Of a stretch of 64,000 nucleotides of DNA, positions 26,401-38,904 are shown in pieces (the stretch's first letter is position 1; each line of letters begins with the position of its first letter). The notes beneath the pieces are model-generated. The model did not search any database and had not been told where the DNA came from. It saw only the letters and a program-made list of their open reading frames with translations. This DNA comes from Nemertoderma westbladi (taxonomy: Eukaryota; Animalia; Xenacoelomorpha), in the NCBI GenBank assembly GCA_032718475.1, contig JAUCBJ010008877.1, positions 1 to 64,000 on the forward strand, given 5' to 3'. Both the position numbers and the translations under genes were made by a program.

Positions 26401-29400
26401 AAGGGATTTAACTGCAGCGGGGGTAAGACCACATCATGGAGCGGACAGGGGAAAAATAACAACACAAATAAACATAACCCCAGTACGCCCAGTAGGCCGA
26501 ACCCAAACAATAAAAATAGTAGGGACTTTAGTACAAATGCAACTGCGATACGCAATGCACTGTATAAGGATGGCTACGACCCAAAGAGCAAATACCAGCT
26601 ACATACAAATGCGCTTCATCAGACCATGAACTGCAGGTACTGGCAAGCATTACCCAGGGAAGATCAGGTAGAATACGCGGCGAGAAATGAGATCTGCTCG
26701 CGATGTGTGATGAGTGGACATAGAGCTAGATAATGCGAGGAAACGCCGATTAAGTTTGGTCAAAGTAAAGGCCAAGCAATGGCAACGAGCACAGTAGGGG
26801 CGAAGAAGAGATGAACGGTGCTACTTGGGGTAGTGCCAGTGCGAGTGATCGGAGAAGGCAATCGATCAGTGACCACACTGATGCTGGTTGAAAGCGGAGC
26901 TGCCTTCACACTAATAGAGGATTGGGTAGCCGAAGAGATAGGATTGAGAACGAGGCCAAGTAGAATGGCGGTAACAACCATCTCCAGCAAAGATGAAGTC
27001 CTGGAGATGAGAACCGGACGATGCGCGATTGCAGCAATAGCACCGGGATGCGACTATGGGGTGAGCATCGACCCCATCCAAGTGATAGAGTCAATAAATA
27101 TCAATGCCAGACGGCCAACTAAAATCGAGGTCAAACAATATAAATTCCTGGACGATATTGACTTCTCAATCCCAGAGGTGGACGTTAGGAAAGTATCCAT
27201 CATAGTTGGAATGGACTGCCCGACGGCCTACGAGAGAATGCAAACGGTCTTCGGCGAAGACAGGCAGTGCGACCCGGTGGCGATCTTAACACCATTCGGG
27301 TGGACACTGAGCGGCCCAATCAAGAGTAAGATACCATTTAGGATGTCGGAGACATCAGGATGCATGTTCACGGGAACTATGCAGGAAATGGGTGATGAGA
27401 GAGCGGAGGAGCAGCTTAAGAGACTGCTCAGGCAAGATTTTGAAGGATTAAAGGAGACCGGAGTCGGACCCTCGGTAGAAGACAAGCAGGCTCTACAGAG
27501 CGTAGAGAAGTCTATGAGGTGTGATGAGGGGCGGTATACCATAGGGATGGTATGGAAGCTACCGAAGCTACCGCTACCCGATAATAGAGGGATGGTACTC
27601 ACGAGGCTTCGTAAGTTGAAGCAGACACTAAAACGGAGCCCCGAGAAGAATGAGTACATCCACAGAACAATTAAGAAGTACGTCGAGAAAGGATGGGGCG
27701 TGGAGTTACTGGTCGACGAGCCAAACACAGACAGGACCTATTACCTGCCACTCCACGTGGCTATAGACCCGAAGAAAGGTAAACTGCGGATGGTAGTTGA
27801 CGCATCAGCCAAGACCAACGGGAAATGCCTAAACGATTATCTGCTGGAGGGTCCCAACATCTACAACTCAGGGATCGAGGTCCTACTCAGATTCAGGAAT
27901 GGCAAACACGCTTTCACCTGCGACATCGAAGGCATGTTCAACCAAGTCCGTGTAACGGGAGAGGATAGCGACAGCCAACGCTTCCTATGGTACGACGGCG
28001 ATGAGGAACCATCGACCATACCAATGTATAAGATGGTAGTACAGAATATGGGAGCCAAGTCGTCTTCGTTTACAACGACTATGGCCGTAAGAGATACGGT
28101 AGCAGGGAAGGAAGATAAGTTCAGCGCCAAAGCCGTCGATATGATTCGACGCGGTTTCTACGTAGACGACGGGATGGAGTCTGGAAATATGGTTGAGGAG
28201 CTACTGGACACAGGGCGCGAGGTTCGCGACATCCTTAAAGGATCCGGCTTCAACCTAACCAAATTCCAATCCAGTTCGAAGGAATTTATTGAGGCAATAA
28301 AAGACGAGAGACCAGGATCGACCATGGATAATCCCACAACAGCCAAGGGGCAGGACATGGCGAACAAGAGGATAGAGTCTCAACAGAAGGCTCTGGGAAT
28401 CGTGTGGAACAGAGAGACAGACGAGTTAAAATACCAACTGAGTCAGGAGGGAGCAGGTATCCACACAAAGAGGGGCTATGTATCATATATAGCGAGGATA
28501 TACGATCCCCTAGGCCTAGCATCCCCACTATTAGTCACGGGGAAACAGATACTCAAGAGAGTATACAAACTGAAGGATGAGTGGGACGTAGAGGTACCAG
28601 AAGAGATCAAGAAACAGTGGTGTAAGTGGACAGAAGGTTTGGAGAAGATGGGAACATACAGCAAGCCACGAGTGTATTTCCCGGATGGGGACATGACGAA
28701 CCTGGATCTGCACATGTTCTCCGAAGCGTCACTAGAGGCATACGGAGCGGCACTCTATTTAGTACAATGAGAGGGGCCTCATAAGCCCAGACTTGCCTTC
28801 AGCAAGGCGAAGTCAACGCCACCAGATTCGGCATCGGTTCCCAAACTAGAGTTGACAGCGGCGAGGCTAGGAGTTAGGGCCACAGCCTACTTAATGGAGG
28901 CTATTCCCAACATAGTGGAGACACACTACTGGACGGATTCCATGGTAGTGCTTGGCTGGCTACATAACGAGAAAACGCGATACCCTATATTCGTCGCAAA
29001 TAGAGTGGACGAAATAAGGGCAGAATTAGAAAGGTGGCACTACTGCCCTACGGACGAGAACCCAGCGGACTTGTTATCGAGGGGCGTGGCACGCCACACT
29101 TTCTTAAAAAAGGAGGTATTGTGGCAACACGGGCCACAGTTTCTGAGCGACAAGGAGGCCTGGCCGCCGATGAGAAAGGTGGACCCGGGCTCAGGAGAAG
29201 CAGTATCAGAGGGAGAAGAGGGAGATTCAGAGGGAGAAGAGATATACTCCCAGATGGTGAGGGAGATAAGGGACGTGCAACCTAAACCAGAAGAACTGTG
29301 CGATAACCCGACGGATAAACTCCTCAGCTACAGCTCTAGTTGGTATAAGACCAAGAAATTAGTGGCGTACTGGAGAGCCTTCGGGAATTTCCTCGCGGGA

Positions 29401-30745
29401 GTTGGCAAAGGCAAGAAGATCAGGACAACAATAGATCTGGAAGGAGCGGCCAAAGCAGTCATCCGCTATGAACAACGGAAGAACTATGGCAAAGAGGTGA
29501 AACGCGTCGGTAAACAACAGCATCTTCAACAAGACAGCGAGCTGATCACGCTGTCACCACAACTTAATGATGACGGGATTCTAGTAATGAACTCTAGGGT
29601 GGGATACAACAACAGCATAGTCGTACCACCGAAACCCATCATCATCCCCACAGGATCGCCAATAGTCCACCAGATTATCTGGGACTCCCACAAGTCGATA
29701 TTGCACGGGGGCACCAACCGAACCCTCACGGAGATAAGGAGGACCTTTTGGGTCAAACAGTTGAGGAAGAAGGTAAAGGCGGTAGTGGGGCAGTGCCAGA
29801 CCTGCCAACGAGCGAAGAAGGAGCGAGCCATACAGGAGATGGCACCACAACCGGCGAGTAGGGTAAGACAGCACGACCCGCCATTTATGCATTGCGGCGT
29901 GGATATGTTCGGGCTGATAAAGATTAAGGTGATGCGGCACACGGAGAAACGCTACGGTATCATCTTCGTATGCAACAACATGCGGGCGGTAGGAATAAAA
30001 CTCGCCCAAGATGCAACCGCATCAGCATTTATTAATGCTTTAGAAAGATTTAGAGACCGCAAAGGTGGGACAATCGCAGTGCTCTATTCTGACAGCGGGA
30101 CCAACTTTGTGGGGGCGGAGAACGAGATGGCAGAGGCCTTGGATATCCTGGAAGGGGAGAAAGTCAGGGCGGCCATGAGAAGGCGACAAGTAAAGTGGGA
30201 GAGGAGGACGCCGTATGCTCCGCATACGTTAGGATGCGTCGAGAGATTAGTGGGTAGTTTGAAACGTCTGATGACGAAGCTGATGAACACCCACATGGTT
30301 ACAGAGGACGTACTAAGGACAGTACTGGCAAAGTGTGAGGGTGTCATTAATAGCAGACCGCTATATCCAGAGAATGATGACCCTAAGTCATTAGACGTGC
30401 TGACGCCCAGTCACTTTCTAATGGAGAGGCCAGCGACCATCGATATGCGGGCTGTAGACCCAGTTGACATACTCTCCCGCCAGAGTTGGAAAGTCGCTAA
30501 GGCGATAAGCGCAGAGTATTGGAGGAGTTAACAGGGAGTTAAGAAAGGGAGATCTCGTGATCGTTACGGATGATACAATCATCAACAACCAGTGGCAGTT
30601 GGCGAGAGTTGTAGGCACTTACTCCGATGAGGACGGAAGAGTCCGATCGGTAGAAGTGCGGATAGGTGGCAAGATAGGTGCGAAAGACAGGAAGACCTAC
30701 AGAAGGGCAGTAGGGAAGTGCTGTCTACTAGAGGGAGCACCTTAG
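26400..30745 (+). pseudogene. BEL/Pao element 2 gag-pol, 5' truncated, with multiple stops and a frameshift
   Basis: Knuckle CSRCVMSGH; protease LVESGA (D>E); RT YYLPLH/CDIEGMF/FYVDD; RNase H FSEAS (D>E); integrase HGGT..CQTC, GVDMFG, YSDSG, CVERL; C-terminal WQLARV..DGRVRSVEV; PPT-like GAGGGGGGTGGGA near 30787-30799. Confidence 0.92.
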
Positions 30746-30859
30746 AGCAGAGTCAGAGAGGAGTTTAATCGTCCAAGTTTTGGACTGAGGGGGGTGGGAT
30801 TGAGGGCGAGACGCCCTTCCCACACATAAAATAAAAATAAAATAAATAAAAATTAGAGT

Positions 30860-31410
30860 CAGAGTTAGTTAGTTAGTTAGGAGGTACGTAGTACCTAGAA
30901 TTAGAGTTAGTTAGTTAGTTAGTTAGAAGTAGTAAGAGGGTACGTAGTACCGATAGTTAGTGGAGTTAGAAGTTAGAAGTAGTAAGAGGGTACGTAGTAC
31001 CGATAGTTAGTGGAGTTAGAAGTAGAAGTAGTAAGAGGGTACGTAGTACCGGTTAGTAAGAGTAGAGTTAGAGGAGTTAGTAAGAGGGTACGTAGTACCG
31101 GTTAGTAAGAGTAGAGTTAGAGGAGTTAGTAAGAGGGTACGTAGTACCGGTTAGTAAGAGTAGAGTTGGAAGTTAGTAAGAGGGTACGTAGTACCGGTTA
31201 GTAAGAGTAGAGTTGGAAGTTAGTAAGAGGGTACATAGTACCGGTTAGTAAGAGTAGAGTTAGAGGAGTTAGTAAGAGGGTACGTAGTACCGGTTAGTAA
31301 GAGTAGAGTTGGAAGTTAGTAAGAGGGTACGTAGTGCCGGCTAGTATGAGTAGTAGTTAGTTGTAGAACTAGTTAGTAAGAGGGTGCGTAGAGTAGTGTT
31401 AGTAGTAAGA
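30860..31410 (+). repeat. 47-50-bp purine-rich tandem repeat
   Basis: About 10 units of agttagtaagagggtacgtagtaccggttagtaagagtagagttagagg, directly after BEL-2 pol. Confidence 0.9.
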
Positions 31411-32859
31411 ATTAGTGGCAGGGGGATATAAAATATAGTATATAGTAAGAGATAAGAGAGCACAATATATCATAAAAATAGTAACCAGGAAGGTTGGTAG
31501 GGTTAATAGCACAAATTTAAAATATTAGAAACACCTCCGAGCTACAGAAGAGCCTTCAAGATAGCCTTTGAAGGTCTGATAGACCACCTGGGGCTGAAGG
31601 GCGAGTCGGTGTAATACAACAGCCGGCATCTAGTTGACAGGGAGGTGGATACACATATCACATGGGAGAAGTTGGAAGTGGATAGATCTGGGGAGAAGCG
31701 ACTGGAAGAAGTCGCCAGGGGAGAAAGGCCGAGAGAGAACGAGGCGCGTTATGTAGACGAGCATATAATATAACATATGATAATAATAACCTTATAATAA
31801 CTATATAAGTAAATCACGTATGTATATTATAAAGTACGTACCATAGTCAAGCACAACCTTTTCCAATTAGCTACTGGGACTGGGAACTAATCGACCATGG
31901 TACTGTAGGGCGAGACGCTGACGACATCATACTTCTTGAGTGCGACGGCACAAAAAGGGGGGTGAGGCTCGTCAGAAAAGAGAGGATGAGATAGGGCGAG
32001 ATATGAGTAACAGAGTGTGAAGTGCGGAGTGTGGAGAGAGTGTGGGCGCAATTCAAGTGTGGGGGGGGGGGGGGGAGGAACAAGAGGGCAAGTGAGGGAC
32101 AGGGAAGTCCGGAAGTTAGAGCGGAGGTGAGGAGAAGTAGCGAGAGTCAGGGTGAGAATAGAGTGGAGTTAGCGCGGCGAAAATGTTGGGGAAACAAAGG
32201 TCGTGTGAGAGGAGCGCATGATCGGCCCAACACGGGATGCCAGGTAGACATGGTAGCGATATCATACCCATAGGGGGCGGTCTGGAAAACCGGCTCTGAA
32301 AAAATAGTTCCACCCCACACTCGATACTAGGTCGAGATCCAGCGGAATTGTAGCGCACTTGATGTCGATGCTATCTTCTTACCGGGAAGATAGCATGGGG
32401 GGGAGTGTTAGCATATTCAATTCCGCTAACCAGACCCATAAAGTGAGCTTTAATCAATATTGGGAACACGAGGTTGATACCCAATATCAACCTCGTACCA
32501 CCCCAATAAAGTGGGGACAAGGAGACCCCAGAGGACATACGCACAAAGGGGCCAAGGGTTATTGTTCGCGGTATTTCAACTTTCCATAACGCGAGTTGAA
32601 TATTTTTTGTATTAATTTAAAATGATTATTCCGATATTACTACTGGGTACGGGACCATGGGTTTTGGGCACATTCTATAAACTGGGGGCGATTTATGGGC
32701 GAACTTTGGGGCGACTTACAGGGTACGGGAATAATTTCATAGTTATAAGGGCCAGGGGGGGATGGAAAATTCAAGCAGTATTCAGGTTAGCCTGAGTACT
32801 ATTAGGCCCTGGCCAACTTCCTGCTGCCTGTAGGGGTTGATTTGGTAATGCGCCAGGCC

Positions 32860-33375
32860 TAAAGGACAAGGACTGCCCTTAGCGGTCCCTGGCCAACAGC
32901 AGTTATTACGAGACTGAAAAGAACTCGGAACACTGACTGCTTGTGTCCTGGATTTGCGACGGGAAACGACAGCCCCCTTAGTAGCTAAGCCGTACTGGTT
33001 CTCGATGACCGATCCCTTCGGGGTTCGCGAGGGGTGGGACGGACATGCGAAAGGGTGGCCGACTAACGACTGCCCCCTGAGCTAAGCCGTACTGGTTCTC
33101 GATGACCGAGCCCTTCGGGGTTCGCGAGGGGTGGGACGGACATGCGAAAGGGCTGGCCACAGGACGGGTTTGACGAGGACTGCCCTTAGCGGTCTCTGGT
33201 CAACAGCAGTTATTACGAGCCTGAAAAGGACATCGGAACGCCGGCTGCTTGTACCAGGGATTTGCGACGGGAACCGATGACAGACCTCTGAGCTAAGCGT
33301 ACTGGTTCTCGATGATCGATCCCTTCGGGGTTCGGGAGGGGTGGAACGGACACGCGACAGGGTCGGCCGACACCG
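32860..33375 (+). repeat. GC-rich A-B-B-A-B repeat block with predicted hairpins
   Basis: Unit A (aggactgcccttagcggtc...gatttgcgacggga) x2 and unit B (agctaagccgtactggttctcgatgac...cccttcgggg...) x3. Confidence 0.8.
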
Positions 33376-34060
33376 ACACTACGGCACTAAGACCAGGACT
33401 GGGGAACATTAGGTAGGCTAAAATCTGAGCGAACAGTGGGTAATTAAATAATATACTGTAGGGATTTATATTGTCGTGTATAATTATTGTGAATATTTGG
33501 TGTATATTGATTTGGGGAAGCCCAAAATTATTCTCAATCAGGTTCAACAGAGTTCAGTTACATTAAAGAGTATATCCAACTAATGCAGCTTTTTCTCAAC
33601 CGCAACCTGCATCTCAGAAATCATTCCTTCTCCACAATCAATATCCGGTGACTGGCCGGGGCTCGGTGGTCTGTAAAGTCACGTCTCCAGCATCGGCGTT
33701 TTTCCCCCCTGGTGTTGGGATAACGGCAACAAAATTGAGAATAATTCATGTGGTCAATTTTGACAGAGTGTCAAAATTGAGAATAATTACGGTCAATTTT
33801 GACGGGGTGTCAAAATTGAGAGTAAAACGCAGCCAACTTCAACTGGTGGAAGTTGAGAATCCTTCAATACTCTTCAAAACTCTCTACGTGCTTGCCAGCA
33901 CCCACTACGAGGAAACTCTGGTATTTGAGTTAAGACGAAGTCGTGGTTTTATTAATCAACAAACTCGATCTAACCAACTCGTAGTCGGCAGATCACATAT
34001 TTGGAGAGTTGTTAACAGGGAATGGAAGTATCGATCACACCCATTGATATAATCCAAGTT

Positions 34061-37000
34061 TGTTAGACTAATACAAATACTAATATCAACCGCAGGATGG
34101 CGCATGTAAATATATCTACTAATCTCACTTACAGTTTCATTTATATACCACTAGAGAGAAGATAATAAAACAGTTTGTCAGAACCTTTACACCTTTCCCT
34201 CCAACATTGGCGCTGCGAGTACAGATTCACATTCACATTTTACATATATTAATTACATAATTTAATTTCAAATTACAATTTGAAATCTTACAAATCAAAT
34301 TAACTTTGATAATTAATTGTGATTGTGTAACTCAAACTCAAATTACGGTACAAACTTACGAGAATGGCAAACGCACCTGCAATGGGAACTAAATTTACAA
34401 ACATTTGCAAGGCATTTAATCCAGATTCAGATAGATGGGACACTTATCTATTAATGTTCAATACAATTCTACGTACAACTACATGGAGAAGAGCCGATGG
34501 AAATTTAATGGAACCGAACGAAATATTACAAGCTGAAACAAACATGTTCATCGCTAATTGTGGTTTACAAACTTTAGATTTACTATCTGATTTGATGTTT
34601 CCAGCAGACATTTCTAAAGAACCATTCGAAAATTTAGAAAAATCACTTACAAAATATTTCAGAAAAGGTAAATCAAAAGAAGTCGAAAGAAAACGATTCA
34701 TACAAGCGACTCAGACATCGGGAGAAAACATCACGGATTTCGCCAAACGTCTAAGAAATATTTCAAGAAATTGCGAATTTCAAGAAGCATTAGATGACCG
34801 TTTACGAGAACAACTAATTGCTGGGGTACGAGACGAACATGTTGCAGCAGAACTAATACACGCGAAAGACATTTCATTTTCAGAAGCTTTGATTACAGCA
34901 AAAAATTATGAAGAGGCATATAAAGTGGCACAATCAGGTAGGAAACCAGAATTTGACACGTTTCGCGTCACTACACAAAGTTCAGGATTTCCGAAAGATA
35001 AATATCGCCATACAAAGGTAAGATCTCCTTCATATAAACCTTACAAATCTACAGAAAATTACAATCAATATTCTATAACATGTTATCGGTGTGGGAAACA
35101 AGGACACAAATCAAACCATTGTCGACTAAATCCTAACATTGTTTGCTCATTTTGAAAAATAAAAGGTCATGTAGAAAAAGCGTGCATTAAAAAACAAAAG
35201 ACTAAAAGTGTTCGCTTTCAGGACAAAAAACCTACATCCCATGCTGTAGACATTGAGAATGTTATGGGAGATAACAATGAAGGAAACAACGATAACATAT
35301 ATTTGCAAAGTACGGAAATAAGCGATCCACATACCATAGATAAAGTACAGCTTCCAAAAGTGGATTCGATCGTGTTACAAACACGAATTAATGAAATATC
35401 TCTTACAATGGAATTTGATCCAGGGGCAAAACACAGTGTCATATCATACGAAATATACAAAAACAAATTCAGCAATGAACAATTACATGAATGTACATCA
35501 AAATTACGAGGATTTTGCAAAGGGATTGCGGAAATACGAGGCGTAATTTATGTTACAGTGAAAATAGAGAATGCGCCAGAATTGATCGCAATGCCACTTA
35601 TTGTTGCTGAAAATTGTGAACACATACCACTATTCGGTTTGTATTGGATCAAACGAATGATATTAATGGGTTGCAGCATAGATGACATGATAGAACAGGA
35701 TATTACTAAGGTACACCAAGTGATAAATTCTGAGGGTTACGACAAACGACTACAAAGTTTACTGGAAGAATATCGGGACGTTCTTACAGGCATTGGCTGT
35801 TACAAAGGGCAAGAAACCTGCATTCGTTTAAAAGATGAGAATACGAAACCAAAATTTTTACAGGCCAGAACGGTACCGCAGGCATTCAAGGAAAAGGTCA
35901 TTGCTCAGTTAAAGCACGACATAGCAGAGCATAGATTAGTTCCACCTGAGTTAAACGAAAATATAGAATGGGCAACACCCTTGGTGGTAACTCCAAAGCC
36001 AGACGGTTCAGTGAGAATATGTGGGGATTACAAGAGTACAGTTAATCCTTACCTCATAGAAGACCAATTTCCACTCATAACCACTGAAGAGTTATCTATG
36101 AAATTCCAAGGCAGCAAAATATTTTCAAAATTGGATATGGCAGCCGCATATAATCAGCTTCCCATAGATAAAAACAGTCAAACGTTATTAACATTAGCTA
36201 CACCATTGGGTTTATTGAAACCAACCAGACTACCCTTTGGGATCACCCCTGCTGCTTCGAAATGTTTAAAGGTTGTTAACCGGGTATTACATGAAACTAA
36301 ATCAGTAACATATGTTGATGAAATTCTGATAGGATCACCGAATATACAGGAACATTTCGAGACATTACAGTCTGTTTTTGAGGCATGCAAACAAGCAGGG
36401 ATAACCTTAGGCCTCAAGAAATGTCAATTCCTGCAAACAGAAATAGAATTCTGTGGCCACATAATAAATGACAAGGGATTTACGGCTGATCCAAGAAAAG
36501 TGACAGCAATACAAGAGTTACAAATACCTTCCACGAAAAAGGAATTACAAAGTGTGATGGGTACAATGAATTATTTACGAAAATACATCCCCAAATATGC
36601 TGAATTATCCCATCCATTGTATAAATTACTACAAGGCAATACATTTACATGGAATGAGAAAGCTACAAAAAGTTACAACTTACTTAAAACAGCTATTGCG
36701 CAAGCAACACTTTTACACCATTACAATCCAGATAGGATACCATTAATTATAACAGATGCTTCGGAATATACAGTATCAGCAATACTTGGACAAAAAGACG
36801 AGGAGGGTGAATTTAAACCGATTGCATTCGCATCTGAGAACTTAGATAAAAGACAACAAGCTTATTCTCAGTTAGATAGAGAAGGATTAGCAATAATATT
36901 TGGTGTACGAAAATTCAAACACTATCTGCTCGGAAGAAAATTCAAATTAATTACAGATAATGCTCCTTTGAAACGGATATTATCACCTTCGAAATCATTA

Positions 37001-38754
37001 CCAGTTACAACGATATCACGATTACAACATTGGGCAGTTGAGTTAGCCGCTTACGATTACACAGTTGAGACAGTAAGATCAAACGAGAACATCACAGATT
37101 CGTTATCACGTCTTACACCACCATCAGTTTCAACATATTACGACGACGATATTGATTTGCAGAGTATAGATTTACAACGTAAACAACTTATTGACGACTT
37201 TCCTATAAGTAAACAAAATATCAGAGAAGCTACACACACTGATAGTACTTTAGGACATCTAAAGAATGCTATTGAATGTGGAGAAAGTATTCATGGAATC
37301 AAAGGAACACCTCAATTACGATTTTACAAATCGATTGAAAATGAATTAGCAGTTAATGAAGGTATAATAACACATGGAACGCGTATTATTATTCCGGAAA
37401 TACTACGTACGAAGATTCTAAATGAACTTCATTCAGCTCATATTGGTGAAAAACGCATGATACATCAAGCATCAGAAGTTTGTTGGTGGCCAGGGATGGC
37501 AGAAGATATCAAACTTTACATACAGTCATGCATTGCTTGTCAGCAATTTGCCAATTCGCCATCAAAGACGTACACGCCATTACAAAAGTCAACTGAACCT
37601 TTCCAAAGAGTCCACATAGACTTAGCAGAATTGGAAGGATGTCAGCTATTAGGATTAGTTGATGTTTATTCAGGTTGGAAAGACATACGATTAATTAAAA
37701 CTACAACATCCACTGCAGTAATTTCCCAATTGAAGAATATTCTATCTTTCATTGGAGTACCGGAAATTATATTTACGGATAATGGACCTCAATTCGTTTC
37801 AAATGAGATTGAAACATTCTTTACCAACAATGGAATTACACATTGGACGTCAGCACCATATTCACCATCATCAAATGGAGCAGCTGAACGAATGGTACAA
37901 ACGATGAAACAATCGCTCAAGAAACAAGGAAATGATAAACCAATGTACGATCGCATAAGTGACTTTCTATTACAAGATAGAAATTCCATTTACTCACCTA
38001 CAGGTTTTACACCAAATGCGACAATATTTAAAGCGCAGATTAAAAACCGATTACAACGATTAATCAACTATCCGGTCAATCCTCACACAGAAACAAAAGG
38101 AAAATTCGACACGGGCGAAGCTGTGTGGGTAAAGAATTACGCAAAGCAAGGAAGAGGTCAGGTTGTAGAACATTGGTTACCGGGGAAAATTATAGCTCAC
38201 CAAGGATCACGAGTGTACAAAGTTCGCATTGGAGATATCGAGTTAAAAAGGAACGTAAATCAGCTACGAAGAAGAAACACCCCGTGGATACATCAAGAAG
38301 AAAGAAGAACACGTCTACAACTTCCTCCATCTACAAATAGACAACCAAGATTAAGTCGATTACAAGAAGGAATGACACATCAACGTCGAGAACGAGAAAG
38401 GGAAGAAATAATACAACCCGTATCGCAGAACACAGATCCTCCACCACGAACTAATACGGTTACAAAAACTTTAAGAAGTGGAAAACAATACACTATACAT
38501 ATTTAGATATATATATTATTAAATAATTACGCGAGATATATTTGCATGAGTGTGTTATACAAACTTAGCGTTACGTTAGTGCAAGTATCATTCATTGCGA
38601 GGGGGTATTGTTAGACTAATACAAATACTAATATCAACCGCAGGATGGCGCATGTAAATATATCTACTAATCTCACTTACAGTTTCATTTATATACCAAT
38701 GGAGAGAAGATAATAAAACAGTTTGTCAGAACCTTTACACCTTTCCATCCAACA
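34061..38754 (+). mobile_element. Full-length Ty3/Gypsy LTR retrotransposon with 146-bp LTRs
   Basis: LTRs 34061-34206 and 38609-38754 (TG...CA, 3 mismatches); 5-bp TSD AAGTT; PBS TGGCGCTGCGAG at 34208 (tRNA-Ser-like); PPT GAGGGGG at 38599-38605. Confidence 0.97.
34364..38506 (+). pseudogene. Gypsy gag-pol single frame with one internal TGA (35153-35155)
   Basis: ORFs 34364 and 35264 share a frame. Knuckles CYRCGKQGHKSNHC and CSF*KIKGHVEKAC; protease FDPGA; RT VRICGDYK, LPFGI, YVDE; RNase H TDAS; integrase HSAH..CIAC, HIDL, TDNG, AERMV. Confidence 0.93.
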
Positions 38755-38904
38755 AAGTTTTTAAGGCAAGTTCTCGAGGGTGGGAACACAGTAGGAATAC
38801 CATAGTTGGGGTATCCCAGTAACGTGGTTACCGGGATATTCAGCCATGACCGGGATAATTTTGATAAAATGGTAAGACAGTTTAAGGGATTGCAAATAAC
38901 TACA

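Noticed and set aside
30860-30925. Interstitial telomeric repeat
   Set aside because: The unit is TTAG/AGTT, not a sustained TTAGG or TTAGGG array.
32860-33375. Hammerhead, twister or HDV-like ribozyme
   Set aside because: Only partial look-alikes (CGATGA, CTGAAAA, GCGGTCCC); the full catalytic cores and pseudoknots could not be assembled by eye.
35153-35155. Selenocysteine codon at a conserved Cys
   Set aside because: No SECIS identified, the element has other lesions, and a point mutation is simpler.
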